From IMG/VR virus record IMGVR_UViG_3300030419_007499, positions 1 to 64,000 of that record: a stretch of 64,000 nt of DNA. One strand, written 5' to 3'. Source of the DNA: an uncultured virus (IMG/VR IMGVR_UViG_3300030419_007499) (taxonomy: Duplodnaviria; Heunggongvirae; Uroviricota; Caudoviricetes). Both the position numbers and the translations under genes were made by a program. Under the pieces are notes generated by a model. That model was not told where the DNA came from and searched no databases. It worked only from the letters and a program-made list of their open reading frames with translations. Positions 9,803-19,677 of the stretch are shown one piece after another. Position 1 is the first letter of the stretch; the number at the start of each line of letters is the position of its first letter.

Positions 9803-12043
9803 ATGGCGCAGAATATACAACCAAAAATTGTTACTGACGGTTTAGTTTACAATCTAGATACGTTGGGTGGTCGTGGTCCGAATAAAATTATTACAAAGCC
9901 TACACAGATTGACGACTGCGTGCTGTGGTTGGATGCAGCAGATGAATCAACAGTAACAGGAAGCGGAACAAATATATATACTTGGAATGATAAAAGTGGA
10001 AATGGTAATGATGCGTACAATCATGGAAGTGAGTATCCGCAATATGACGGAACAACTATAAACGGACGTAAGGTTGTTCATTTCATTGCAACTGGAAGTA
10101 GTGCTAATGGTGATGTTTTAAAAGGAGCTTTTGCAGCTGGATCACAACCGTTTTCTGGTTCCACGGGCGGAACTATTATTATAGTATTCAAGCAAAAATC
10201 TTTTGTTGGTACTGAATTTGCTGCAGTTTTAGAATTAGCTGAAGGAGCATACGCTTCTAGTAGTTATGGTGACAGACTTATTACTAACATCTTTGGTTCT
10301 GCTTATAGTGGCGGCGGCAGCATCAACGCAGTTAGGATGGCTAGTGGCGCAGGAACCACTAACTATACCGCAAGAATCGAAAACGGCGCAGCAATAATAA
10401 TGTCTTATACTAATGATGGCACCACAACAACAACATATGCAAATGGTAAAAAAGTTGGTACTGCTTCTGAAGATGAAGCAGATAATGCCCGAACACATTT
10501 TTGTTTAGGCGATGATATGACAAGTGGAGATCATTTTAACGGCTACATATGCGAAGTTATTGTCTTTAACAGGACTATTACAACAAATGAAAGACAGCAA
10601 GTTGATTTATATTTGTCGAGAAAGTGGAATATAGCTATTTACACAGCAACAAGAAACCAAACCACACCAAACAATCTATACAGCAGTAATCTTCCTGCAA
10701 CTGGACATAAAAACGGTGAGTTGTTTCAAGTTGGAAACGCTTTATATTTTAAAGGTGGGACAAATACACTAGTTAGCGGCAGTCAGGCTGATTGGATAAA
10801 TTGCGGCACTGTGCTAGGAAAGGGGAATACATATAACTCGGGAAACAACTTTACTCTTGAAGCTTGGGCATGTAGCAAATCTCCAACAAGAGACGGCTCA
10901 AACTGGAAAACTATTATAGGAAGCAGCAGTTTGGCACAAATAAATTTTTACGGCGCTAGCACTGTTTATCTTATAAAAAACGGAGGACAGCCAGGTGGTA
11001 ACGCACTTAGCTCGAGCTCAGTAACCCTGCATGATTGGCATCATATAGTTGGAACATACAACGGAGAAGGCTTAAGCCAAGGATTTAGCGGCAACAGAGA
11101 CACGGGCCCAGACAGAAGACAATTATATGTTGATGGTCAAATGGTTGCTAGCGACAAAGAAAGTATGTATGGAGGAAGCATTGATAACAGCTTTATAGCT
11201 TCATATCACGCAAACGGTCTTGAGCGTGGGCCTATGGAATTAGCTGTAGCGAGAATTTACAACAAAGAACTAAGCCGCGCAGAAATTCAGCAAAATTATA
11301 ATGCCCAAAAAGCTCGAATAGATGCGATACCAAAAATACCAGCACCAGCAAATTTGCAATTATATCTAGACGCTGGAAACTTTGAGAGCTATCGTGGAAC
11401 TGGCAGTGGGACAACTTTTAAGGATCTAAGCGGAAATAGTAAAGATGGAACAATATATGGCGCAACTTATGCTTCAACTTTGCCAGAAAATGACATGGGC
11501 AAGTTTTTCAGCTTTGACGGAACCGATGATTATGTGAATATAACAAGTATAGATCTAAGTGATAAGCCTTATATTAGTATGGCTGTTTGGTTTAGAACAA
11601 CACACTCGGATAGCACGATAAACTATGGACTGTTCATGATAGGAAACGCTGCCAATGAGGGTGGAGCAGGTATAAGCATTGATGCTTCGGATCGACTTTA
11701 TGTTTTTTACAGAGACGCTGCTTACAGTAGTGGTTCTTACCCAACGCTTACAGTAACAAGCCCTACTGTAACAGATGGCGAGTGGCATTTTGCTACGTTT
11801 ACATACGACTCAGTCGGAGCGTCATTATATTTAGACGGAGTAAAGCAGGCTTCAACTGCAAGATCATCTACTATGTCGGATCTCACAAGCGAGTTAGTTC
11901 ATCTTGGTCATTTAACTAATCATGATCCTGGAAACTATCATTGGGGCGGCGATATATCTGCTGCGATGATGTGGAATAAAGGGTTAAGCGAAAAAGAAGT
12001 ACAACAAGCATACGACTATTTTAAGCATAGATACGGAAAATAA
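9803..12043 (+). CDS. Protein with three LamG-like domains
   Basis: PKIVTDGLVYNLD, VLWLDAAD..WNDKSGNGN, LQLYLDAGN..FKDLSGN, FSFDGTDDYV, WHHIVGTY/WHFATFTY motifs. Confidence 0.75.
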   Translation: MAQNIQPKIVTDGLVYNLDTLGGRGPNKIITKPTQIDDCVLWLDAADESTVTGSGTNIYTWNDKSGNGNDAYNHGSEYPQYDGTTINGRKVVHFIATGSSANGDVLKGAFAAGSQPFSGSTGGTIIIVFKQKSFVGTEFAAVLELAEGAYASSSYGDRLITNIFGSAYSGGGSINAVRMASGAGTTNYTARIENGAAIIMSYTNDGTTTTTYANGKKVGTASEDEADNARTHFCLGDDMTSGDHFNGYICEVIVFNRTITTNERQQVDLYLSRKWNIAIYTATRNQTTPNNLYSSNLPATGHKNGELFQVGNALYFKGGTNTLVSGSQADWINCGTVLGKGNTYNSGNNFTLEAWACSKSPTRDGSNWKTIIGSSSLAQINFYGASTVYLIKNGGQPGGNALSSSSVTLHDWHHIVGTYNGEGLSQGFSGNRDTGPDRRQLYVDGQMVASDKESMYGGSIDNSFIASYHANGLERGPMELAVARIYNKELSRAEIQQNYNAQKARIDAIPKIPAPANLQLYLDAGNFESYRGTGSGTTFKDLSGNSKDGTIYGATYASTLPENDMGKFFSFDGTDDYVNITSIDLSDKPYISMAVWFRTTHSDSTINYGLFMIGNAANEGGAGISIDASDRLYVFYRDAAYSSGSYPTLTVTSPTVTDGEWHFATFTYDSVGASLYLDGVKQASTARSSTMSDLTSELVHLGHLTNHDPGNYHWGGDISAAMMWNKGLSEKEVQQAYDYFKHRYGK

Positions 12044-12046
12044 CAA

Positions 12047-12052
12047 GTGTAA
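12047..12052 (+). promoter_or_regulatory. GTGTAA box (type example; candidate phage-sigma promoter)
   Basis: The same hexamer lies 8-15 nt upstream of seven start codons in short intergenic gaps. Confidence 0.55.
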
Positions 12053-12067
12053 TATAATACAAGGCAT

Positions 12068-15000
12068 ATGGCAACTCCAGACATACTAATTACCCCAAGC
12101 AAAGGACTTATTGAGTTTACTGGCTCAAATACTGGAACTATAAGCTTAAGAGTCGCGGAAAGTGGCGATTTGCACTTCGAGGGCGACCAAGGATCTTTGT
12201 TGAGTATTTCAGATGACCTTTCAGATAGTTTATTCAGCGTAAATGATGCCGCGGGCATGCCTGTTTTTGAGGTTTTTTCAGATGATACCATAAGAGCTTA
12301 TCACCTAAATGAGCCAAAGCTTGAAATAGACCCAGAAAACCAACAAATAAGATTAAGAGATAATACATATGTTTCTGGTGACTTGTATGTTTCTGGATCA
12401 GTTATAACTGCTGATGGAACCAGTCCAGATCATGTTAGCGGGTTGAGCGGCTATTTTGGAAAAGTTGGAATTGGTACCTCGGTATATACCCATCCAGACC
12501 GACCATTAGTGATTCACGGAACAAATATGGGAGGAATGCCCCAGGGCGGGATAATCAGGCTTGCAGACGGGACTGCTGATGGAGCTGGGGCTATAGCTTA
12601 TCTAGAGTTTGGCGGAGCGGGCACCTCATGGAACAGGCATTCTTATATTGGAAATGCTGGTGGAGGCGACAGTCATTTGTGGATTGCAAATGAAGAAACG
12701 CACGGAGACGTTGTATTTCATGCTGGTAATAGTGAGAAGGCACGTATATATGCTGGTGGAGACTTTAGTATAACAGGAGAGCTTAAAGCAGCTGGCCCAA
12801 TTATTGTTACTTCTACTTCCAGAGTTCAAGCTGATACGCTTAACAATGCAGCTAACTCTGCAAATATAATTTATCGAAGCGATAATTTTACTATTGTTGG
12901 TAATCATGCTTCAGGGATTGTCATACAAGACGATGGCAGTATTGGAATAGGTACAGCGGCACCTAAGTATCCTTTCCATTGGCAGTCGGGAACTTATAGA
13001 AACATTAGATTTGAAAAACGTACATCTCCAGCAACATCTAGTAGCACATATACTCCATGTATAAACATTGGAAGAAATGATGCTACATCATATCTTGCTA
13101 TTGCATACGACTCACAAGGTACTGAACATGCATACATAACAAGAAATTATGCTAATGCCAGATTATTTTTTATGGGAGGTAGTGCTGGTGCTGATCATCA
13201 TATGCACATAGATAAAGAAGGCAAAGTATATATTGGGTCGTTGGTGTCATCAATGAGCGCGCAAGTTAACGAAGCTTTGTTTACTGTGAGCGGAGATGCC
13301 AGTATATCGGGACGATTGAATTGTAACAACAGCATACAGCTAACTGCTAATGACACTTCACTGCAATCTGCGGATGGAGATACGTACATTAGATTTTTAG
13401 ACGATAGAATGATTCATTATTGCGGCAATACTACAATGATTGATGCTCGAGAAATGGGCACGGATTATGTCGCTATCGGGGGAGTGGGCGATGACCCAGA
13501 TGTAAACTTATTAGTTGGTAGCGCTGCAGCTGGAATAGACTACGTTCTTGAGGTGGATGCTGGAACTTCCACCGTCGGGATTAACTGCGATCCTTTGGAT
13601 GCTAAAGGTTCTGCACTTGTTGTTAGTGGCGATGTTAGTGTAACGGGAAGCTTGAGGACTTCTGATTATGTTCAGACTGATCGTGTTTATTTTACTTCCT
13701 GGAGTAGTTCTGTTATTACTAATGACAGTTCTATACTTGGTCTTTACGGAGACGCGGGAATATCTATTAGGACTTATGATGGAGGATGGAAAGAGCATAT
13801 AGGTATTTCAGACGGAGGAGATGTTGCAATATACGGACCTAATCTTACTGTGAGTGGAGACACTAGTATAACAGGATTTACGCAAACAAAAACAATTTAT
13901 GCAAACACTACAAAAACGAATACTCTTCTAGTAGGCTCTGTGGTGGGTACGGCAACTCATAATATTATTGGTTCCGATGGCTATTGGGGTATTCGTACTG
14001 CAAATGGTGGAGACCGACTTGGAGCTTTTGATCTTGATGTTTATAATGGCGGTAGTATAAAAACCGCTTTCACTATCGCAAATAGTGGCAATGTTGGAAT
14101 TGGACAGACCACGCCAAAATCATATTTACATATCGGCGGAGATTTTAGTGATGCAGTCAACGATATAAACGGTACCCTTGCAATAGCAATAAAAGAAGCC
14201 ACTGCAGATTCTCGTTATGGAATATATATGGAGAGGGCTGGAGAACGCAGAGGTTATTACGTTGGAATTGGAGGGTCAAAGGACTCACTAACATTTGAAC
14301 GTAATAATGTTGGAACTAAGTCTGATGTAATGTCTCTGACGAGAGATGGATATGTTGGAATAGGGACAACAGATCCAAGTGGATTACTACAGGTGCATGG
14401 TGGTTCAAGTGCAGGAAGCTTGTATATTCAAGGCGCAGGAGCAAACGTTGCCGCAAATTTAAAATTTCGCCATAATGGTGGAGGTGGCAGAACTAATATC
14501 GATGGAGAGTGGAATATAAGCTTTGGCTCCGACCAAACTAATTTTGCAGATGGAATATCTTCAAGTATGGATGGAGGTTTGGTAGTTTGGCATCAAAAAG
14601 GAGATGGCTCGTATTTAGATCTTGTAAGATTTAAAGATGATGGAAGAACTATTTTTAACAACTATGGAGTTGGAATTGGCACATCGGTGTTTGCGGGTTC
14701 CATGCTGGGGGTTGGTGGTGATGTTGGTATATCAGGAGCATTAAGACTTAAGGCAAACGGAGCCTCCACTGCTCACGTTTTTGACACCCAAGATTCTGCT
14801 GGAAATCAAACTTTTTATATACAGGATGGAGGCAGAGTCGGGGTTCGGTATTATCCTTTTGTTGTGGGGGCCACTACGTCTACTGCGACAACATCGGCAT
14901 GTAGAATGGAGGTATTTGGCACCTCTTCTAAACTAACAATAAGTAATAGTGGTCATCTTGGAATTGATAAGGTTGACCCAATAGCGCTGTGGCATGTTGG

Positions 15001-18000
15001 CGCACCTACTAGAAATGCGGGAGCAGCCGTGCAAACGCAAGCTGGGTATTTTGCTGGAGCCAAAAGTGCATTTTCTAGTTCTTCGTATTTAGGGTTATGG
15101 CAAAATCAACTTCATATAGCTGATACTTCAGCCTGCGCTGCTGGCATAGGCGGTGCTATTACATTTGGCGCTACGCAGAATAATGCAGACGGAACCTTTT
15201 TAGCGTCAATTGAAGCTTACAGAGATAATGGCGAAACTTCAGAATATGGCGGAGGCATGGTTTTTAGAACCAGAACTCATGGAAGCGCAGTAATGGGCGC
15301 TCACATGTTTATTAGTTCTGTGGGTCAAGTTGGAATTGGCACAACAGGTTGTGATGGATCCAAGCTGCGCGTTAATGGTGATGTTGGTATATCAGGAGAG
15401 GTAAGCATCCAATATGCAGGCGGAGCACCAAACGGCCTTCGTGTTAAAGGAACTTCAAACAGATCAAAAATTGTAGTCAGTGATAATGATACTTCTGCTT
15501 ATATGATTGCTGAAGATGCCCTGGCAAGCTTCGGAAGGCAGGATCATTTAGACCCTGCTAACATTAATATAAGTAATGGCGGAAATGTTGGAATGGGAAC
15601 AACAAATCCAGACACCAAACTCCATTTATCTACTGCAACAGGAGCCGTTTTAAGGATTGAAAGAAATGACACATCTATTGCTGCGGATGATTTTTATGGA
15701 GAAATACAATTTGAAGGCCAAGACAATAGTGCCGCTTCATCTGCTGGCGTAAGAGGAAAAATAGTAGGCGTTGCAGAAGGCGGTGATGGAACCATGGGTT
15801 TAGCTTTATATCCTAGCGCTGGTTACAGTGAGCCCGCAGAGGCGATGCGAATTGCTGGTGGAGGAAATGTTGGAATAGGAACAACAGACCCCGACTATAG
15901 ATTGACTGTTAACGCAGGAACCACTAACGAGATAGCGCGTTTTAAATCTACTGATAACGATGCTTTGATATCTATATCAGATAATACTGATACTGTCTAT
16001 GTAGGTCTAGATGCTTCTGCTGACATAATGTCACTTGGCTTTAGCAACTCTTTTGCCTCTACAAATTTAAGTATAGATACGGCGGGTAATGTTGGCATTG
16101 GAACAACAAATCCTGATAGTGCGTTACATATTTATAAAACTGCGCCAATAATTTCTCTTACTGATACTAATAGTTTCAGTGATTCAGATGATAGATTTAT
16201 ATTTAGAGCTGGAACTCCAGACGGAGGATTTTTTCAGTGGTATGACGACAGCGCAAGTACTACTACAAATTTAATGTTTATTGGTGCTGATGGCAATGTT
16301 GGAATAGGAACAACGACTCCACACGCAAAATTTACAGTAAATGGCGAAGCTAGTATATCAGGAGAACTAAGAATTGAGCGATATATTTCGCATGGAGGAG
16401 ACACTGACACTTTTCTTGACTTTTCCACAGATCGAATACTGACATATGCTGGAAATACTGTAATGATTGATGCCCGAGAAGCTGGCACAAATTATGTTGC
16501 GATTGGGGGAGTGGGTGATAACCCAGATGTAAACTTGTTGGTTGGTAGTGCCGTAAACGGTATAGATTATACTCTTGAAGTAGACGCTGGAAGCTCTACA
16601 GTTGGCATCAACTGTGATCCTTTGAATGCTAAAGGTGCTGCGCTTGTTGTTAGTGGAGATGCCAGTATAACAGGAGAATTAGTAGTCGGGGAAGAAGCCG
16701 CTGGCGCTTCAATGACACTGCTGCGAAGTAATGACTCTCCATACATAGGATTTAACTCTGCAAGAGCTTCAAGAGAAGGTTATATACAAGCTACAACAAG
16801 CTATTTTTATGTTGTGAATGACAATGCTAGTGACATTCGATTCATGACAAATAATACCACCAACTTAAATCTTAATAACGCAGGGAGTATTACGAGTGCA
16901 AGAAGAGGTGATGTTGGGGCATATAACATGAGATGGGGACAAGTGTTTGCTAATAGTGGTAGTTTTGGAACAGATACTGTTCACCAACACGGAGCTTCTG
17001 GAGCTCTTCATGTAGATAGTAATGGCACAGGATTGATAGTAGCTAATAGATCAGTAACAGGAAACGTACTTGAGGTATTTGGCTCGCAAGGCAATCTTCT
17101 TACTGTAACAGATGATTTGTCTGATTCGTTATTTAGTGTTGGTGATGCTGCTGGTATGCCAGTATTTGAAGTTTTCTCAGATGATACAGTTAAAGCTTAT
17201 CATATGAACGAAGCCAAATTCGAAATTAATCCAGAAAATCAACAAATAAGACTAAGGGACAATGTAGATGTTTCTGGAAATTTAACGGTTAGTGGCCTAG
17301 TTGGAATTGGGATGAATGGACTTAATGGATCATTTACCCCATCAGGACTCTTACATGTAAAAGGCACTAATACAGCTAAAATCATTTTAGAAAATACTGA
17401 CAATGCTACCAGCATCGACATTGACTACTATAATAATGCAAACGCTGTCCAAAGTAGAATTCGCTATGATGAAGGACCAGGACAATTTAGTATTCAACCA
17501 AATGTATCGAGTACTAGTAGTCACACATATTTTAATTACGCTGGTCAGGTTGCTTTGGGAACAAGTACTACTAGTGGTAGACTTTATATCTTGGACCCTA
17601 CAGACGGAGGGGCAAGCTTGAGCACTGCTATAAGACTTGGTAGGCGTAATGGAAATCACACAAATGAATTCGAACTAAAAACCCTACACGACGGAAGTGA
17701 TGAAGTTGATGCGATTGCTTTTTTCTTTAACGATCATGAGTCTTTAAGATTTAATGACGCGACTGCCGCCTCTAAAGCTGTAATAGATATTGGATCAAAT
17801 AACTTAGACCTTGATTTAATCAGAGTAACTAGCAATGGATCAGGACCAAAGGCAACTGATTATTATGGCGGATCACTAAGGTACGTGGGGTCAAGAAGTG
17901 ACGATGGAAACTCTTTGTCGTTTTTTATGCATCAGGCATCTGCCGAACAGGCAAAGGAGATGTTCTCCATAAGCCAATACGGTAACGTGTTAGTTGGTGA

Positions 18001-18898
18001 AGGAGTTGGAACTAATCAAGGAGCATTATTTACCGTGAGTGGTGACGCTCAAGTAACAGGGAACTTGCAAGTTGGAAGTCAGATTGGAGTAAATACACCC
18101 GCAGATGGAACTATAACAGCTAAAGCTGCATCAGATGGAACTAATGTTCTAAATTTAGTATCCAGCGCTAGTGATGCACTATTTAACGTGCGGCAATCTG
18201 CTAATGACTGCTTAATTCGTGGTTATAAAGTTGGGGGAGCGCAAACTATTCAGATAGCTACAGACGCTGACACTACATATTTTAATGGCGGTAATGTTGG
18301 TATGGGAACTGCCACCCCATCATCGCGTCTTCATGTTGTTGGGGATGTGCAAGTAGAAGGAACTATAAGTGGTCATTTAGGAACGCATGCTTATGCAAGA
18401 TATGGACATATGGAAACTGCTGGAGGTGACGGCGGCTCTGCAACTGCAGATTCATACACTGATAAAGAAGTTAGTCATGCATTACATCTTGAGCAAACTG
18501 GATGTGCGTATTCTGGGTTTTCGTCTTTTAATAGTGCAAATTATATTATGACTTTGGACAAAGGACAATATTATGTCAAATGGACTTGTCCAGGTTGGAA
18601 TGTTGGGTATCATCATACAAGATTAAGAGATTCTGATGTATCAACCACTTACTTAGTTGGAACTACCGCAAAAAATAATTCATCTAGTTATTCGACCAAT
18701 AGCTATGGAGCTGGAACAATTTATTTAGAACGAGAAACAAATCTTAAAATGCAACACTTTACCACTAAAGGAGGCTATTCTTACAACTTTGGTTATTCTA
18801 TTGACACTGATGGTAGTGTTTCTGCTAGTGATTATGATGATGACATTTATTGGTGGATAGAATTTTGGAAGGTTTCAAGCGATGGAGTTGAACCATAA
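12068..18898 (+). CDS. Giant tail-fibre-like protein 2 (2276 aa)
   Basis: Repeated GNVGIGTTxP and VSGDASITGEL motifs, modules shared with fibre 1, distinct beta-sandwich-like C-terminus. Confidence 0.8.
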   Translation: MATPDILITPSKGLIEFTGSNTGTISLRVAESGDLHFEGDQGSLLSISDDLSDSLFSVNDAAGMPVFEVFSDDTIRAYHLNEPKLEIDPENQQIRLRDNTYVSGDLYVSGSVITADGTSPDHVSGLSGYFGKVGIGTSVYTHPDRPLVIHGTNMGGMPQGGIIRLADGTADGAGAIAYLEFGGAGTSWNRHSYIGNAGGGDSHLWIANEETHGDVVFHAGNSEKARIYAGGDFSITGELKAAGPIIVTSTSRVQADTLNNAANSANIIYRSDNFTIVGNHASGIVIQDDGSIGIGTAAPKYPFHWQSGTYRNIRFEKRTSPATSSSTYTPCINIGRNDATSYLAIAYDSQGTEHAYITRNYANARLFFMGGSAGADHHMHIDKEGKVYIGSLVSSMSAQVNEALFTVSGDASISGRLNCNNSIQLTANDTSLQSADGDTYIRFLDDRMIHYCGNTTMIDAREMGTDYVAIGGVGDDPDVNLLVGSAAAGIDYVLEVDAGTSTVGINCDPLDAKGSALVVSGDVSVTGSLRTSDYVQTDRVYFTSWSSSVITNDSSILGLYGDAGISIRTYDGGWKEHIGISDGGDVAIYGPNLTVSGDTSITGFTQTKTIYANTTKTNTLLVGSVVGTATHNIIGSDGYWGIRTANGGDRLGAFDLDVYNGGSIKTAFTIANSGNVGIGQTTPKSYLHIGGDFSDAVNDINGTLAIAIKEATADSRYGIYMERAGERRGYYVGIGGSKDSLTFERNNVGTKSDVMSLTRDGYVGIGTTDPSGLLQVHGGSSAGSLYIQGAGANVAANLKFRHNGGGGRTNIDGEWNISFGSDQTNFADGISSSMDGGLVVWHQKGDGSYLDLVRFKDDGRTIFNNYGVGIGTSVFAGSMLGVGGDVGISGALRLKANGASTAHVFDTQDSAGNQTFYIQDGGRVGVRYYPFVVGATTSTATTSACRMEVFGTSSKLTISNSGHLGIDKVDPIALWHVGAPTRNAGAAVQTQAGYFAGAKSAFSSSSYLGLWQNQLHIADTSACAAGIGGAITFGATQNNADGTFLASIEAYRDNGETSEYGGGMVFRTRTHGSAVMGAHMFISSVGQVGIGTTGCDGSKLRVNGDVGISGEVSIQYAGGAPNGLRVKGTSNRSKIVVSDNDTSAYMIAEDALASFGRQDHLDPANINISNGGNVGMGTTNPDTKLHLSTATGAVLRIERNDTSIAADDFYGEIQFEGQDNSAASSAGVRGKIVGVAEGGDGTMGLALYPSAGYSEPAEAMRIAGGGNVGIGTTDPDYRLTVNAGTTNEIARFKSTDNDALISISDNTDTVYVGLDASADIMSLGFSNSFASTNLSIDTAGNVGIGTTNPDSALHIYKTAPIISLTDTNSFSDSDDRFIFRAGTPDGGFFQWYDDSASTTTNLMFIGADGNVGIGTTTPHAKFTVNGEASISGELRIERYISHGGDTDTFLDFSTDRILTYAGNTVMIDAREAGTNYVAIGGVGDNPDVNLLVGSAVNGIDYTLEVDAGSSTVGINCDPLNAKGAALVVSGDASITGELVVGEEAAGASMTLLRSNDSPYIGFNSARASREGYIQATTSYFYVVNDNASDIRFMTNNTTNLNLNNAGSITSARRGDVGAYNMRWGQVFANSGSFGTDTVHQHGASGALHVDSNGTGLIVANRSVTGNVLEVFGSQGNLLTVTDDLSDSLFSVGDAAGMPVFEVFSDDTVKAYHMNEAKFEINPENQQIRLRDNVDVSGNLTVSGLVGIGMNGLNGSFTPSGLLHVKGTNTAKIILENTDNATSIDIDYYNNANAVQSRIRYDEGPGQFSIQPNVSSTSSHTYFNYAGQVALGTSTTSGRLYILDPTDGGASLSTAIRLGRRNGNHTNEFELKTLHDGSDEVDAIAFFFNDHESLRFNDATAASKAVIDIGSNNLDLDLIRVTSNGSGPKATDYYGGSLRYVGSRSDDGNSLSFFMHQASAEQAKEMFSISQYGNVLVGEGVGTNQGALFTVSGDAQVTGNLQVGSQIGVNTPADGTITAKAASDGTNVLNLVSSASDALFNVRQSANDCLIRGYKVGGAQTIQIATDADTTYFNGGNVGMGTATPSSRLHVVGDVQVEGTISGHLGTHAYARYGHMETAGGDGGSATADSYTDKEVSHALHLEQTGCAYSGFSSFNSANYIMTLDKGQYYVKWTCPGWNVGYHHTRLRDSDVSTTYLVGTTAKNNSSSYSTNSYGAGTIYLERETNLKMQHFTTKGGYSYNFGYSIDTDGSVSASDYDDDIYWWIEFWKVSSDGVEP

Positions 18899-18907
18899 GA
18901 ACATATT

Positions 18908-19282
18908 ATGAATTTAACAAGAGTATTAACAAAATTAGAGTATCCCGCGCGACAAAGAGAAAGTGGCTTGCCAGTCTTTGAAACTTGTTGTACTTGGAAA
19001 AGTACATACGAACAAATGTCTGGTGCTTGGGTGTCGACTAACGCCCCGCTTTTACCCAAATCTGTATTTGAAGCTGCTTGGGAGGAAATATTAATAGAAG
19101 ATGCCGCAACAGAATACGAAAAATACAGAACGCACGAAACTTCAGGATATGCGCCAATAGCGGATCAGTTAGACATGCTTTATTGGGATGTTGCTTCAGG
19201 AGTCTTTGGAGAACAGGCGAAAGAGTCTACTTGGTTTAAAAGTTGCAGCGGAACAAAAGCTGAGTTCCCAAAACCAAATTAA
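18908..19282 (+). CDS. Putative tail-fibre assembly chaperone
   Basis: Directly follows the fibre gene; R..GYAPIADQLDMLYWD...KAEFPKP motif resembles small phage fibre-associated proteins. Confidence 0.55.
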   Translation: MNLTRVLTKLEYPARQRESGLPVFETCCTWKSTYEQMSGAWVSTNAPLLPKSVFEAAWEEILIEDAATEYEKYRTHETSGYAPIADQLDMLYWDVASGVFGEQAKESTWFKSCSGTKAEFPKPN

Positions 19283-19677
19283 TCAAGCGATATTTTTACG
19301 TTTTTATTTTCGTATGTAGTCTTTTTGTCTGCGACATGCTTAACTCCATGTTTCTTTTCATAATTTTTAAAGTATTTTTGTTTAACTGGGTCTACTCCTC
19401 CGTTTGACTGAGCTCGTTTTTCACTAAGTTCTTTGCTATAATCTAGCATATCGCCAACACTGCCTTTCATTTTGCCCGTGCGCTCCACAAATTCATTTTG
19501 ACTGTATGGATCTAGCTTTGTGGCAGTCGAATTTCTCATACTTATTTGCGGTGCTTCATATACGCGTTCCCAGCAGTCTTCGTCTCCGTTTTTGCCGCGG
19601 TAGGGAGCATAATTTTTCATGCTCATTTCTACTTCTACGTATTCTTCAGTTTCTGTGTTGTAAAATAAATAAATCAT
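19279..19677 (-). CDS. Hypothetical protein with FmdB-like N-terminus lacking the zinc-binding cysteines
   Basis: MIYLFYNTETEEYVEVEMSM...ERVYEAPQI follows the FmdB ribbon pattern without CxxC pairs. Confidence 0.45.
   Translation of the reverse strand: MIYLFYNTETEEYVEVEMSMKNYAPYRGKNGDEDCWERVYEAPQISMRNSTATKLDPYSQNEFVERTGKMKGSVGDMLDYSKELSEKRAQSNGGVDPVKQKYFKNYEKKHGVKHVADKKTTYENKNVKISLD

Larger units (their letters stand above)
3010..16681 (+). repeat. Four copies of a ~95-aa fibre module (approx. 3010-3303, 4063-4359, 13370-13654, 16382-16681)
   Basis: IDAREAGTxYV..DVN..GIDYxLEVDAGxSTVGINCDPLxAKGxALVVSGD in both fibre genes, with 40-41 nt identical tracts. Confidence 0.9.

Noticed and set aside
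1..18898. Diversity-generating retroelement acting on the fibre repeats
   Set aside because: No reverse transcriptase in the window, all repeat copies are in-frame coding, and the differences are not adenine-specific
1..18898. CRISPR-like array or invertible shufflon suggested by the ~30-nt repeats
   Set aside because: Repeats are degenerate, irregularly spaced by hundreds of bases, all direct and inside ORFs; no cas or invertase gene
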